From contig DATDWP010000021.1 of assembly GCA_035289625.1 (NCBI GenBank), forward strand, positions 16,053 through 80,052: DNA of 64,000 bases, written 5' to 3'. Each line of letters starts with the position of its first letter. The stretch's first letter is position 1. The notes below the pieces were generated by a model. It was not told the origin of the DNA, did not search any database, and saw only the letters and a list, made by a program, of their open reading frames with translations. Of this stretch, positions 28,697-39,589 are shown in pieces. Source of the DNA: an archaeon (GTDB taxonomy: Archaea > Iainarchaeota > Iainarchaeia > Iainarchaeales > Iainarchaeaceae). Position numbers and translations under genes: made by a program.

Positions 28697-30304
28697 TCAA
28701 ATTTCTTTGAACTGCTCGCGCAGTTTCATCTCCCTTCTCTTGCGATTGTACCCCAGCGCGAATTTGTGCACAGCATCACGCACGGACCTGATAAATAACA
28801 TCATGCGGGAGTTCTTGTCAAATTGTTTAGGCTCATCAAAACCCGGCAGATAGATTTCCTCGTTCTTTTTTGCAAGCGCAATTATCGGGATTTTTAACCC
28901 CAGTTCTCTTAGAGCGTCAAGGCTAGCATTTAATTGGCCAGCTCCGCCATCAATAATTATGAGCGAAGGGAACTGCGCACTCTCTTGCCGGAGCCTTGAG
29001 TATCTTCTGCTAACAATTTCTTTCATTGATGCAAAATCATCGTTTTTGCCCTGAACTGTTTTGATCTTGAACTTGCGGTACTCTTTTTTATCAGGTTTTC
29101 CGTTTGTAAATCGCACCATTGCCCCAACCACGTGGTCATAGTTAAGGTTTGAAACATCAAAGCACTCGATAATTGAAGGTATATCAGGTAAATTCAGAGC
29201 ATCTTTTATAAGAGCAAGAACAGAACCTTCACCAATATTTAGCACTGCATTTTTTTGTGCCATATTAACAAGGCCGAGTTTTTCGCCCCTTTTAGGATAT
29301 ATCAATGAGACATATGTCCCTTTTATTTTTGAGAGGTATGCTTCAACTACTTCGCGCTCGCTCTCCTCTGCCCAGAATTTTTCACTTACAAGTATTTCAT
29401 TTGGAGGTGTGTGGGTTGAATAATAGCGCGTTATGAATTCTTCAAACAATCCTTCGTGGTAATCAAAGGTGAATTCCTTTTTTCCCGATATTACACCGCG
29501 CGAAATTGTAAACATTTCCACAATACACTTCGGTTCATTTTTAACAAGTGCCAAAACATCCTGGTCATATCGCTTTACAAGTTCAACTTTCTGGCGCTCA
29601 TCAAGATTCTCTATTGCCTCTATTTGGTGTTTTTTTTCAAGCGCGCGCTCAAACTTTAACTCTTTTGAAGCGATTTGCATTTCATCTTTTAATTTTTCAA
29701 TAACTCCGCTACGTTCCCCTTTCAAAAAATCATGAACGCCTTGCACCTGTTCTAAATATTGCTCTTGCGATACATTCCCAATGCAAGGAGCAGTACAGAG
29801 CCCAATGTGATAATTAAGGCACTCTTTTTTTGGCAAAATCCTGCAGGTCCTGATTTTGTATAGTTGCACTGCAAGATTTAGAAGCTGAACCCTAGCAAAT
29901 CCATCAACATATGGCCCAAAATACTTTCCATCAGGAGTAACTTTTCTAGTGGAGAGTATGCGCGGAAATTTTTCTGCAGTCAATTTGATGTATGCAAAAG
30001 TTTTGGAATCCTTTAGGTCAATATTGTATTTTGGGGAGTGCTTTTTTATCATATTATTTTCCAAAAGCAGCGCTTCCACCTCATTATCAACAGCAACAAA
30101 TTCTATATTTGCAATGCGCAAAACCATCAGGGCAATTCGCGGATAATGGTTTTTATTCGTAAAATAGCTAGATACCCGTTTTTTCAAATTTTTCGCTTTA
30201 CCAATATAAATTATTTCATTTTGCAAATCCCTAAAAAAATACACGCCCGGTTCTTGCGGAATTTTACTAAAATCAACTTCCCCCTTTTCCCCAACCTCTA
30301 TCAT
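28697..30304 (-). CDS. uvrC: Excinuclease ABC subunit C
   Basis: N-terminal GIY-YIG (GVYFFRDLQNEIIYIGKAKNLKKRVSSYF), UvrBC-interaction region, C-terminal RNase H-like and HhH regions. 535 aa. Overlaps the uvrA stop by 4 nt. Confidence 0.85.
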   Translation of the reverse strand: MIEVGEKGEVDFSKIPQEPGVYFFRDLQNEIIYIGKAKNLKKRVSSYFTNKNHYPRIALMVLRIANIEFVAVDNEVEALLLENNMIKKHSPKYNIDLKDSKTFAYIKLTAEKFPRILSTRKVTPDGKYFGPYVDGFARVQLLNLAVQLYKIRTCRILPKKECLNYHIGLCTAPCIGNVSQEQYLEQVQGVHDFLKGERSGVIEKLKDEMQIASKELKFERALEKKHQIEAIENLDERQKVELVKRYDQDVLALVKNEPKCIVEMFTISRGVISGKKEFTFDYHEGLFEEFITRYYSTHTPPNEILVSEKFWAEESEREVVEAYLSKIKGTYVSLIYPKRGEKLGLVNMAQKNAVLNIGEGSVLALIKDALNLPDIPSIIECFDVSNLNYDHVVGAMVRFTNGKPDKKEYRKFKIKTVQGKNDDFASMKEIVSRRYSRLRQESAQFPSLIIIDGGAGQLNASLDALRELGLKIPIIALAKKNEEIYLPGFDEPKQFDKNSRMMLFIRSVRDAVHKFALGYNRKRREMKLREQFKEI

Positions 30305-33183
30305 TCCATTACCTTTTTCAAAAACTGCCCGGTGTATGAGGAAGCTACCTGCAAAACTTGTTCGGGAGTCCCTTTTGCAATAAGCCTTCCCCCTCCGTCC
30401 CCGCCTTCTGGCCCAAGATCTATTATATAATCAGATGATTTTATCACATCAAGGTTGTGCTCTATTACATAAACGCTATTCCCCTTATCCACAAGCCGAT
30501 TTAGTACTGCAATCAATTTGCGCGTATCTTCAAAGTGCAACCCGGTGGTTGGTTCATCTAGCATGTAAACAGTATTGCCCTTCTTTTGCTTTGCTAATTC
30601 GCGCGTAATTTTTATTCGCTGCGATTCTCCCCCAGAAAGAGTAGTCGAACTCTGCCCAAGCTTAATATAGCCAAGCCCCACATCAACTAGTGTTTCAAGT
30701 TTTCTTCTAATCGATGAGTGGTTTTCAAAAAATGGTAATGCTTCCTCGGCGCTCATTTGCAAAACCTCTGCAATGTTTTTGCCTTTGTATAATATTTCAA
30801 GGGTTTGCTTGTTGTATCTTTTCCCCTTGCACTCCGAGCACTCAACATATACATCCGGCAAAAAATTCATTTCAATTTTAATTAGCCCGTCACCAAAGCA
30901 CGCTTCGCACCTGCCGCCCTTTACATTAAATGAAAATCTCCCTTCTTTATACCCCCGCGATTTTGATTCGCGTGTGAGCGCAAAAATTCCCCTCACATCA
31001 TCAAATATTTTGGTATAAGTAGCCGGGTTTGAGCGCGGGGTTCTTCCAATGGGGTCTTGGTCTATTACAATTATATTTTTCACATTATCAGGAACATGGA
31101 CAAAGCTATGCTTTCCCACCCTCTCTGACCCTTGGTCAAAATGCTTCTTTAGGTACGGAACAAGGGTTTGGTTCATTAAAGTGGATTTTCCGGAACCCGA
31201 AACCCCTGTAATTGTGCACAGAACTTCAGTTGGCAAATCTACTGTGAGCCCGCGCAAATTGTTTTGCGCAGCACCAATTATTCGTATATGGCTTGGGGCT
31301 TTTCTTCTTGTCTGCGGAACCTCTATTTTTTTCTCCCCGGATAAATACTGGCCGGTTAAGCTTTTTGGATTTTCAGCAATCTGCTCCGGTGTTCCTCTCG
31401 CGCACACATGGCCTCCGTGAATTCCGGCTCCGGGGCCCATATCAATTATATAATCAGCAGCGCGGATAGTGTCCTCATCGTGTTCAACTACAATTAAAGT
31501 ATTCCCCACATCTCGCAACCTGTGAAGGGTGTTGATTAATTTTTCATTATCCCTCTGGTGCAAACCAATTGACGGCTCATCTAGAATATAGAGAACACCC
31601 ATTAGGTTTGAACCAATTTGAGTTGCAAGCCTAATTCTTTGAGCTTCGCCACCGGAGAGTGTTCTTGCGCTTCGCGAAAGCGTAAGATATCCAAGGCCTA
31701 CATTTTTTAAAAACCCCAATCTCTCACGGATTTCCTTTAGCACCTGCGTTGCAATGAACTTCTCCTTTTCCCCCAATCTCTCATCTAGCTTTGCAAAAAA
31801 ATCAACTGAATGGAGTATACTCATATCAGTGACATCAATTATTGATTTGGAATCAATTTTTACAGCCAAGACATTTTCTTTAAGCCTTTTTCCTTTGCAC
31901 ACTTCGCAAGGTTCAGCTAGCATGAATTTTTCAATTTCCTCTTTCCTCCATTCAGATTCTGTTTGTTTATAGAGCCGCATTGCCTGCGGAATAACACCTT
32001 CAAATCCATGCTCCATTCGCATGTTCATTCCGACATGCCACTTTCCTGAAATTGGCTCTTTTGAACCATACAGAAGAACTTTTAGTTGTTTTTCGGAAAA
32101 CTTTTTTATCGGAGTAAAAACATCAAACCCATACTTTTTCCCAACAGCAGCTATTTGCTGTGACCTCCATGTAAGATCTGCTTTTGAATAAAGGGCAACT
32201 GCCCCGTCCATTATGCTCTTTGATTTATCCGCAATCACAAGTTCTGGTGAGAGCTGCATAATATCGCCAAGCCCGTGGCATGCACTGCACGCACCGAATG
32301 GGGAATTGAAAGAGAACATTCGAGGTTCAAGCGGCTCAAAGACAACTTCTGGATGGTTTGGGCATGCACCGAATGTAGAATAGAGGGTTTCGCCTTCAGC
32401 CCGCGAGAGTTCTTTTAAGGTCTTTTCTTCACTTGGGGCGTTACTTAACTTCTGCGCTTTTTTTGCATCAATTACAATCATTCTCCCGTTTCCCACATGA
32501 AGCGCTTGCTCAACTGCTTCTGAAACCCTCTGGCGCTCATCTTCATTAATTGTAATAGTATCTATTATTGCCTCAATCCAGTGCTTTTCATATCTTGTGA
32601 GTTTTATTTCTTCCTTAATATTTTCTGATTGATATATTTGTTCATCTACTCTGATTTTTGTAAACCCGTCCTTTTTCAAATCATCAAAAACCTGCTCATA
32701 TGTCCCCTTAGCACCCCTTACCACCGGCGCTAAAATCATCAGTGTCTTGCCATTTTCAGACATTACAAGATTTGTAATGTTCTCTGCCGTCTGAGGTTTT
32801 ATTTTGCTCTCACACTTCGGGCAGTGCAAAACACCAATTCTTGCAAAAAGCAGCCTCAAATAATCATAAATTTCAGTAACGGTGCCAACAGTTGATCTTG
32901 GGTTTTTTGAAGTTGTTTTTTGTTCAATTGAAATTGCAGGAGAGAGCCCGTCAATTGAATCAACATCAGGTTTATTCATAAGCCCCAAAAATTGCCGCGC
33001 GTAAGCTGAGAGGCTCTCAACATATCTTCTCTGCCCCTCCGCATAAATAGTATCAAATGCCAAAGTGGATTTTCCGGAGCCCGAGAGCCCGGTTATTACA
33101 ATGAGTTTATCGCGCGGAAGCTCTACATCAATATTTTTCAGATTGTGCTCTCGCGCGCCCTTTACAGCAATACGATCTTGCAT
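30301..33183 (-). CDS. uvrA: Excinuclease ABC subunit A
   Basis: 960 aa. Two ABC modules (GLSGSGKST and GVSGSGKST; LSGGEAQRI and LSGGESQRI) with Zn-finger Cys pairs (CPKC, CEVCKG, CEAC). Confidence 0.9.
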   Translation of the reverse strand: MQDRIAVKGAREHNLKNIDVELPRDKLIVITGLSGSGKSTLAFDTIYAEGQRRYVESLSAYARQFLGLMNKPDVDSIDGLSPAISIEQKTTSKNPRSTVGTVTEIYDYLRLLFARIGVLHCPKCESKIKPQTAENITNLVMSENGKTLMILAPVVRGAKGTYEQVFDDLKKDGFTKIRVDEQIYQSENIKEEIKLTRYEKHWIEAIIDTITINEDERQRVSEAVEQALHVGNGRMIVIDAKKAQKLSNAPSEEKTLKELSRAEGETLYSTFGACPNHPEVVFEPLEPRMFSFNSPFGACSACHGLGDIMQLSPELVIADKSKSIMDGAVALYSKADLTWRSQQIAAVGKKYGFDVFTPIKKFSEKQLKVLLYGSKEPISGKWHVGMNMRMEHGFEGVIPQAMRLYKQTESEWRKEEIEKFMLAEPCEVCKGKRLKENVLAVKIDSKSIIDVTDMSILHSVDFFAKLDERLGEKEKFIATQVLKEIRERLGFLKNVGLGYLTLSRSARTLSGGEAQRIRLATQIGSNLMGVLYILDEPSIGLHQRDNEKLINTLHRLRDVGNTLIVVEHDEDTIRAADYIIDMGPGAGIHGGHVCARGTPEQIAENPKSLTGQYLSGEKKIEVPQTRRKAPSHIRIIGAAQNNLRGLTVDLPTEVLCTITGVSGSGKSTLMNQTLVPYLKKHFDQGSERVGKHSFVHVPDNVKNIIVIDQDPIGRTPRSNPATYTKIFDDVRGIFALTRESKSRGYKEGRFSFNVKGGRCEACFGDGLIKIEMNFLPDVYVECSECKGKRYNKQTLEILYKGKNIAEVLQMSAEEALPFFENHSSIRRKLETLVDVGLGYIKLGQSSTTLSGGESQRIKITRELAKQKKGNTVYMLDEPTTGLHFEDTRKLIAVLNRLVDKGNSVYVIEHNLDVIKSSDYIIDLGPEGGDGGGRLIAKGTPEQVLQVASSYTGQFLKKVME

Positions 33184-33233
33184 ACGTTCCCTCTATTCGC
33201 AACAATTAAAATTTGCTTCTATCACGAGGACTT

Positions 33234-33812
33234 TTACCTCGGTTTCTGGGCAATGATTTTTATAACTTTTTTCCCTTTTGCGTATTCTCTTTGTGCATAT
33301 TTCGAGCCGCTTGCCTCAATTTCAGTCGGCTTGAATTCCCTTGCAATCACTTTAAAACCGGCATTACGCAAAAGTGGGATTATTTCCCGATCAATGTAGC
33401 GGTGCTCAAATGTGGTTAGCAGGAACTTTCCGCCCGGCACGAGTATTCTTTTGACTTCATTTATATAGCCCGGCAATGTTCTTTGAATCTCTGAAAAAGT
33501 CTGACCTGCAATGGCCGCTCTTTTTCGAATATCAGCCAGATTTGTTACATCTTTGCCATACGGGACATGATGGATGAAAAAATCAGCAATCACTGCAGGA
33601 ACTGAGGCTGATTCTATCTTTTCCGTCTCAGCCAATACATTTCCTTTGACATAGCCCATATTACTTGGCAGTTTATATCTTGGCTTTTGCAAATCCACAA
33701 CTTTCACAGTACCCGGAAGATTTTTTTTCAAGAGCCTTTGTGCAAATTTAAAAGCCCTCCCCTTTGTCGGCCCTTCCCCGAACGATACCATTTTTATTTT
33801 AGGTTTTTTCAC
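33234..33812 (-). CDS. Class I SAM-methyltransferase-like protein with degenerate motif I, embedded between uvrB and uvrA
   Basis: 192 aa. [12 protein letters not shown] in place of the GxGxG motif, motif-II-like [10 protein letters not shown] and motif-III-like [12 protein letters not shown]. Its stop overlaps the uvrB stop region (ATGA coupling). Confidence 0.4.
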   Translation of the reverse strand: MKKPKIKMVSFGEGPTKGRAFKFAQRLLKKNLPGTVKVVDLQKPRYKLPSNMGYVKGNVLAETEKIESASVPAVIADFFIHHVPYGKDVTNLADIRKRAAIAGQTFSEIQRTLPGYINEVKRILVPGGKFLLTTFEHRYIDREIIPLLRNAGFKVIAREFKPTEIEASGSKYAQREYAKGKKVIKIIAQKPR

Positions 33813-35788
33813 TTAGAATCCCCCTTTTTCGATTTTGACTGAGCATAAGCCTTTGAATCTTGCAAGAGCGCATACTCCTGTTTTAGGGCTTCGAGCTGGT
33901 CTCTGAATGCAATTGCGTTTTCAAAGTCAAGGTTCTCAGCACTTGTTCTCATTGCAGCGTCCAATTCAGCAATTCTTTTTTCAACATCCTGCCTGCCCAT
34001 GTGCTTTAACCCTTTTATTTCACTCTTCTTTTGTGCAAGCGCCTTTACAACCGGCATTGGAGTGATCCCATTTTCTTTGTTGAATTTCTCCTGATCCCCT
34101 CTTCTTTTTTTTGTAATTGCAACTGCGCCTACTATTGATTTTGTAATTACATCAGCATAGAGAATTACATGGCCATTTAGATTTCTTGCCGCTCGCCCAA
34201 TTGTTTGTATAAGGCTTCTCTCATCCCGCAAAAACCCTTCCTTGTCAGCATCCAAAATACAAATGAGGCTAACCTCAGGCAAATCAAGGCCTTCTCGCAA
34301 AAGATTTATCCCTACAAGAACATCAAATTCTCCAGCGCGAAGCTGCCTTATTAGTTCAATTCTCTGCAAGCTCTCAATTTCCGAGTGCATATACCTTACT
34401 TTGACATTTTCCTTTGCCAAATAATCAGTTAAGTCCTCAGCCATTCTTTTTGTTAGCGTTGTAATTAAAACGCGCTCCCCTCTTTGCACGGTTTTTCCGA
34501 TCTCTTCAAGCATGTCCTTGACCTGGTTTTTTATAGGACGAACTTCAACTTGCGGGTCAAGTAGCCCGGTTGGCCTTATGATCAGATTCACAATTTGCCC
34601 GGAACTTTTCATTTCATATTCAGCAGGGGTTGCAGAAACAAACACAACATGGTTGAAGTACTTTTCAAATTCATCAAATTTTAAAGGACGGTTATCAAAA
34701 GCGCACGGCAGCCTAAATCCAAAATCCACAAGATTTTTTTTGCGCGCAAAGTCCCCATTATACATTGCCCGTGATTGCGGAATTGTCTGGTGTGATTCAT
34801 CAACTATTAGCAAAAAATCATTCGGGAAATAATCCAAAAGAACATAAGGCGGTTTTCCTGGGGGCCTTCCGTCAAAATGGCGCGAATAATTCTCAATCCC
34901 GTTGCAATATCCCATTTCCTGAATCATTTCAAGATCATATTTAACCCTTTGTGAAAGCCTTTGCGCTTCTAGCGGCCCAAGAGTCGGAAGATGATCTTGC
35001 AGCTCCTGTTTTATTGCCCCCATTGCTCGCTGTTGCTTTTCAATTGGAACAACATATTGGCGTGCCGGAAAAACCCTTGCCTCATCAAGAGTGCTAATTG
35101 TAGTTGCAGAGAGCGGATCAATTTCTGAAATTTTACTAACAACACTTGAACCGAGTTCAATGCGAATGATATTTTTCTCAGAAGCAGGAATTATATCAAT
35201 TGTATCCCCTCTTACCCTAAACCTTCCGGGTTCTAATACCTGGTCATTTCTCTCATATTGCATTTCAATTAGGCTCTTTATGATATTTGAGCGCGTAACT
35301 TCTTTTCCCTTTTCAATTACAAGCGAGAGGTTGGAAAAATCATCAGGGTTCCCCAAACCATAAATGCACGAAATCGAGGCAACCACTATTACATCATCGC
35401 GCGACAGAAGGCTTGAAACTGCATGCAGGCGCATCTTTTCAATCTGCTCATTTACAGTTGCTTCCTTTTCAATGTAGAGATCAGAAGTTGGCATGTAACT
35501 CTCCGGCTGGTAATAGTCATAGTAGGAAATGAAATATTCCACCCTGTTTTTGGGAAATAATTCCTTTAGCTCCGTGTAGAGCTGCGCTGCAAGGGTTTTA
35601 TTGTGCGCTAGTACTAGGGTTGGCTTTTGCACCTTTTGTATTAAATTTGCCATTACAAAAGTCTTTCCACTTCCAGTAATTCCAAGCAATGTCTGGCACG
35701 GGTATTTGGAATAGCCTTCGTATAACTCTCTAATTGCCTCTGGCTGGCCGCCTGCTGGCTTAAAGGGAGAAACAAGTTCGAATCCCAT
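33809..35788 (-). CDS. uvrB: Excinuclease ABC subunit B
   Basis: 659 aa. Helicase motif I GITGSGKT, DEAD-like DESHQT, C-terminal UVR domain (coiled-coil tail). Confidence 0.9.
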   Translation of the reverse strand: MGFELVSPFKPAGGQPEAIRELYEGYSKYPCQTLLGITGSGKTFVMANLIQKVQKPTLVLAHNKTLAAQLYTELKELFPKNRVEYFISYYDYYQPESYMPTSDLYIEKEATVNEQIEKMRLHAVSSLLSRDDVIVVASISCIYGLGNPDDFSNLSLVIEKGKEVTRSNIIKSLIEMQYERNDQVLEPGRFRVRGDTIDIIPASEKNIIRIELGSSVVSKISEIDPLSATTISTLDEARVFPARQYVVPIEKQQRAMGAIKQELQDHLPTLGPLEAQRLSQRVKYDLEMIQEMGYCNGIENYSRHFDGRPPGKPPYVLLDYFPNDFLLIVDESHQTIPQSRAMYNGDFARKKNLVDFGFRLPCAFDNRPLKFDEFEKYFNHVVFVSATPAEYEMKSSGQIVNLIIRPTGLLDPQVEVRPIKNQVKDMLEEIGKTVQRGERVLITTLTKRMAEDLTDYLAKENVKVRYMHSEIESLQRIELIRQLRAGEFDVLVGINLLREGLDLPEVSLICILDADKEGFLRDERSLIQTIGRAARNLNGHVILYADVITKSIVGAVAITKKRRGDQEKFNKENGITPMPVVKALAQKKSEIKGLKHMGRQDVEKRIAELDAAMRTSAENLDFENAIAFRDQLEALKQEYALLQDSKAYAQSKSKKGDSK

Positions 35789-35957
35789 AACACTCCTCTA
35801 CACCGCGCGGCTTTTTAAATAATGGCAGGCCTTGTTGCCCGTGCGAACAAAAAAATAAAAATACTGTCCTTTTTTGTCTAAACCTTTCCTATTTTTTTAG
35901 ACTTGAATGAATTAGGGCTTCGCTGCGTTTATATACCACTTTATTGTTCATTATAGC

Positions 35958-36683
35958 ATGGCCTTTATAGAGAGAGTTCCAACCTATATTCCCGGTTTTG
36001 ACAATTTTTTAGAAGGGGGTTTTCCAAAAGGCTCCTTGATTTTAGTTTCAGGAACCCCCGGATCCGGAAAGAGCAATTTTTGCGCCCAACTATTATACTA
36101 CAATGCTCTCAAGGGCAAAAAATGCCTCTACCTAGACCTTGAGCAGGACATGGGAGACCTTGAACTTCAAATGAAAATGTTTGGTTGGGACACATCAGCG
36201 CTTGATAATCTCAAAATATATACAATAGAGAGCTCAAACCCCCAGATAGTTGAAAAAGTCATAAAAGAAATTGAAAGCAAGCGCTATGATATAATTGTTC
36301 TTGATTCAATTGATTCAATCACAACAAACCCGGCTTCAGTTGAAGAAATACAGCAACAATTTCGAGACCGCGTGCCGCTTATAACAATCCCTGCACTTTT
36401 GGACCAGGCAACACTAACACGCCTTAAAATAAAAAAAATATTCAATGCAATAAAGAGCGTAAAATCCACAGCAATAATTACAAGTGAAAGAGTTGAAGGC
36501 TCAATGGGGCTTAGCAGGGACACAGTTTCAGAATTTCTCTGTGACGGAGTAATACTTCTATCCTCAACTGCAATCGGCAAAAAAAGGGCACGCTCAATAG
36601 AAATCAGCAAAATGCGCCACACCGATACACCCGGCGGCAGATACGAACTTGAAATCACCAAAAAAGGCCTTAACGTATTGTGA
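35958..36683 (+). CDS. KaiC/RadA-like single-domain RecA-superfamily ATPase (COG0467-type)
   Basis: Walker A VSGTPGSGKSNFCAQ, Walker B IIVLDSI. 241 aa. Confidence 0.7.
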   Translation: MAFIERVPTYIPGFDNFLEGGFPKGSLILVSGTPGSGKSNFCAQLLYYNALKGKKCLYLDLEQDMGDLELQMKMFGWDTSALDNLKIYTIESSNPQIVEKVIKEIESKRYDIIVLDSIDSITTNPASVEEIQQQFRDRVPLITIPALLDQATLTRLKIKKIFNAIKSVKSTAIITSERVEGSMGLSRDTVSEFLCDGVILLSSTAIGKKRARSIEISKMRHTDTPGGRYELEITKKGLNVL

Positions 36684-36686
36684 TTT

Positions 36687-37835
36687 ATGCCTCGCAACCT
36701 TGGAATAAAAAACGATTTAGTAAATTGGTTTGTAAAAAATGTTGCAATCCCAAACCTCATGCGCCTTGACATACCCGGCTTTGTAATTGTCAAGCAAAAT
36801 TATGAAGGGCGGGAAATAGAGCAGCGCAACATTTTCTTTTCCGAGCTGCAGATAGCAGGTTTTGAGAGCGCGCTTGTGAAAAATTTCGGCGAGCGCGGCA
36901 AAAAAATCGCCTACACAATGCTCACAAATTCCACATATGCATATTGCCACTCATACGGAATCCCACAGCTAAAAGACGGAGAAAAGGCAATTGATGAATT
37001 CTTCTCATTCTACACAGCATTCATGGGGGTTACATGGGGAGAATTTTTGAACCTTGATTATGATCTCAAAACCAAAATACTCCAAGTTAATTTGGGCGAC
37101 CATATAGTGTGCCGCAAAAATGGGCTCGGGTATATGTTTAGCTCCGGAATATTTGCAGGCGGCTGGCAGCACTTAATGCAAGACCCTACAATACAGGCAA
37201 GCCAAATTGAATGCGTTGGAAAAGGAGATAAGAGCTGCAGAGTAATAGCCGGGCCAATTGAATATCTCAAAAAACAAAAATATGAAGTAATAGAGGCAAC
37301 AGGCACCAGAACATATTCAACAGACATTAGCTATTGGGAGATGAACAAATCAAGGCCCATGCAATACTCCAAAGCATCACTTCGAGAACTAATAGCCGCA
37401 GGATTTTTCAAATTCGAAAAAAACAAACTCACATTCCACGAGGATAGGTACTGCTTTACAGGAATTGAACTACTCTATGTATTTGAAGAGACCGCAGCAA
37501 AAGACCCAAAGGTTAGCAAACTTCTTTTTGAAACAACTTTTGAACAAGGCAAAAAAATCGCCCTTGCAGAAAAAACCAACGAATATTCAACCTTCATCCC
37601 CGATATTCTTTCAGCCTTCGGGTATGGCGACACGCTCATTTCACACAACAATTCAAAATTTATAATTGAAACAAACTATTTTCCATACCTTGAAACCTAC
37701 GACCAAATAAATTACCAATATTTCAAAGGGCTTGTCTCAGGACTTCTTAGCGGCTTTTTGGGAAAAGAAATAATTCTCAAAAACCATAGCACAAACGTAT
37801 CGAACGGGTATTTGCAGCTAGTGCTTTTGGAATAG
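36687..37835 (+). CDS. Hypothetical protein with V4R-like Cys motif region, 4 nt downstream of the KaiC-like gene
   Basis: 382 aa. GDHIVCRKNGLGYMFSSGIFAGGWQHLM...IECVGKGDKSCRVIAG resembles the V4R (4-vinyl reductase-type) small-molecule-binding signature. The C-terminal ~180 aa are unassigned. Confidence 0.35.
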   Translation: MPRNLGIKNDLVNWFVKNVAIPNLMRLDIPGFVIVKQNYEGREIEQRNIFFSELQIAGFESALVKNFGERGKKIAYTMLTNSTYAYCHSYGIPQLKDGEKAIDEFFSFYTAFMGVTWGEFLNLDYDLKTKILQVNLGDHIVCRKNGLGYMFSSGIFAGGWQHLMQDPTIQASQIECVGKGDKSCRVIAGPIEYLKKQKYEVIEATGTRTYSTDISYWEMNKSRPMQYSKASLRELIAAGFFKFEKNKLTFHEDRYCFTGIELLYVFEETAAKDPKVSKLLFETTFEQGKKIALAEKTNEYSTFIPDILSAFGYGDTLISHNNSKFIIETNYFPYLETYDQINYQYFKGLVSGLLSGFLGKEIILKNHSTNVSNGYLQLVLLE

Positions 37836-37882
37836 GAAATTTAATGATCGCCAGGCGATCAAAAGAGAGTTGTATATAGTAG

Positions 37883-38614
37883 TTGTTGTTTATTTATTTT
37901 ATGAGAAGCAAACCTTTGAATGGCCCATTCTCCAGATTTTTTTATGAAAGTTTAAGGAATGAAAGAATAAAGCCAAGAAGATTGAAAAACCCCAAAGGAA
38001 TTGAGAGGTTTACATTTTCAGTTTCTACGCCCAGGCAAAGATGGGCAAGAGATTTATACTATGACAAAAGAGCATTGGCAAATCTTGACCATGCAGTAGG
38101 TTTAGTGCCAAATGTAATGCCTGCAATGGTGCAAGCTTTTGGCTACACAATTGAGCATGAAAAAGTCCATGCAGGGGATTCAAAATACCAGGCTTTGCCC
38201 GTCAATGAAATAAAAAAAATTTCCAATTTGAATAACACAGGGCATAGGGCCCAAGCACTTGTTGAACAGGTTGCAAATAGGGGCGTTATTGCAAAAATGC
38301 TTACAGACAGTAAAATAAAATCCCTGCAACACCCATCAGCCAAAAAAGTAATTGCCGATAAGCTTTCGTGGTATATTATACAAAGCCTTATTCAAAGCGG
38401 CGAATTTCGAAGAATGGTAAAGAGCGGATTAAATGCATCTTTGCCAAAAACCAAACAAGAGGCCAGAGCAAGAATACAAATTATTTCACTATACCTAAAA
38501 AAACTTTTTCCGAACCTGGAAAATGAACACCTAGAGGAGATAATAAAAGTCACTAGTCGCAGGTTTGCTTCCCTAATTGAGGTTGGGGCCAAAAACAGCA
38601 GACAAGGCACTTGA
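37883..38614 (+). CDS. Hypothetical protein (243 aa); true start may be an internal Met
   Basis: Open frame with ordinary codon use. No motif recognised. Confidence 0.35.
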   Translation: MLFIYFMRSKPLNGPFSRFFYESLRNERIKPRRLKNPKGIERFTFSVSTPRQRWARDLYYDKRALANLDHAVGLVPNVMPAMVQAFGYTIEHEKVHAGDSKYQALPVNEIKKISNLNNTGHRAQALVEQVANRGVIAKMLTDSKIKSLQHPSAKKVIADKLSWYIIQSLIQSGEFRRMVKSGLNASLPKTKQEARARIQIISLYLKKLFPNLENEHLEEIIKVTSRRFASLIEVGAKNSRQGT

Positions 38615-38623
38615 TAATAAAAG

Positions 38624-38717
38624 TGGGAGAGCCCAGATTTGAACTGGGGTCGACACCAAATTGGAAGCGTTTACCTCTCCCCAAGGTGCCATACTAACCA
38701 AGCTATACTACTCCCCC
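38624..38717 (-). tRNA. Intron-containing tRNA, anticodon most likely UGG (Pro); ~20-nt intron 3' of the anticodon loop; no encoded CCA
   Basis: Reverse complement reads GGGGGAG-TA-GTAT...GGCAC-CTTGGG-[intron]-GTGTC-GA-CCCAG-TTCAAAT-CTGGG-CTCTCCC-A. Acceptor stem 7/7 (one G-U), canonical T-arm, 94 nt. T-rich tract follows on the minus strand. Confidence 0.6.
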
Positions 38718-38871
38718 CTTAAATTACTGAAATCTGGTCGGTTGAGTTTATAATTCAAACTCTCAGAAGCGAGCCTTTAGTTGATTTTGAATCCCAAAAG
38801 AAAATCACTCACCCATATCATTCGATGAATCTGCAAAAGCTTTTAATATTTTAACCCCAAATTTTTAATAG

Positions 38872-39264
38872 GTGATCCAAATGGACAGAGTTGTGCATTT
38901 TGAAGTCCCTGCAGATGATACTGCAAGGGCAAAAAAATTTTATGAAAGCATTTTTGAGTGGAAAATAGAGAGCTACCCGGGATTTGACTACCACGGGCTT
39001 ATTACCTCTCCAATAGATGAAAAAACAAGAATGCCAAAAGAAGCCGGCGCAATAAATGGCGGATTGCTAAAACGCCAAGCGGCAATACAAAAACCCATAA
39101 TTACAATCGGAGTAAAAGACATCAATGAATCTGAAAAGAAAATAAAAAAAGCCGGCGGAAAAATGGTAATGGAACAAAAAAAAGTCGGGGATGTTGGAAT
39201 TTCAAGCTACTTTGAAGACACTGAAGGAAACATTCTGGGACTTTGGCAGGAGCTGAAGAAGTAA
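38872..39264 (+). CDS. VOC/glyoxalase-family protein
   Basis: 130 aa. Paired beta-alpha-beta-beta-beta modules (HFEV..D...A..FY...F.W at the N-terminus, TEGNILGLW at the C-terminus). Confidence 0.55.
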   Translation: MIQMDRVVHFEVPADDTARAKKFYESIFEWKIESYPGFDYHGLITSPIDEKTRMPKEAGAINGGLLKRQAAIQKPIITIGVKDINESEKKIKKAGGKMVMEQKKVGDVGISSYFEDTEGNILGLWQELKK

Positions 39265-39352
39265 TTTGTGGCAAAACCTGCCCCTAATTCTAAAAAATGA
39301 TATCTTAAGATATCATTAAATATTAATTGCCATATAATAACTATGTGATTTT

Positions 39353-39589
39353 GTGATCAAGGGCAAGTACGAAATAATTTTTATGCGCCATGCAATATTG
39401 CGTGCAATTGAGCGCAATATCACCCCCGATGTTGTGGAAAATGCCGTAATGACAGGTTCATTCCACAGATTTGGAAAAAACAGGATGAAAATAATAAAAA
39501 AGCTCAGAAAAATGCAAATAGTTTGCATAGACGAAATAATTGGAAACACAATAAAAATTGTTTCAATTGCAAGGAGGGCAAGAAGATGA
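39353..39589 (+). CDS. DUF4258-like small toxin-type protein
   Basis: 78 aa. HAILRAIERNITPDVVENAVMTG...IVCIDEIIGNTIKIVSI matches the DUF4258 pattern. GTG start. Confidence 0.5.
   Translation: MIKGKYEIIFMRHAILRAIERNITPDVVENAVMTGSFHRFGKNRMKIIKKLRKMQIVCIDEIIGNTIKIVSIARRARR

Noticed and set aside
39523-39585. The extended start of the antitoxin-like ORF (MHRRNNWKHNKNCFNCKEGKK…)
   Set aside because: ATG at 39586 is preceded by a strong AAGGAGGG Shine-Dalgarno-like sequence and gives the clean 4-nt ATGA overlap typical of toxin-antitoxin pairs. The upstream extension would overlap the DUF4258-like ORF by 67 nt.
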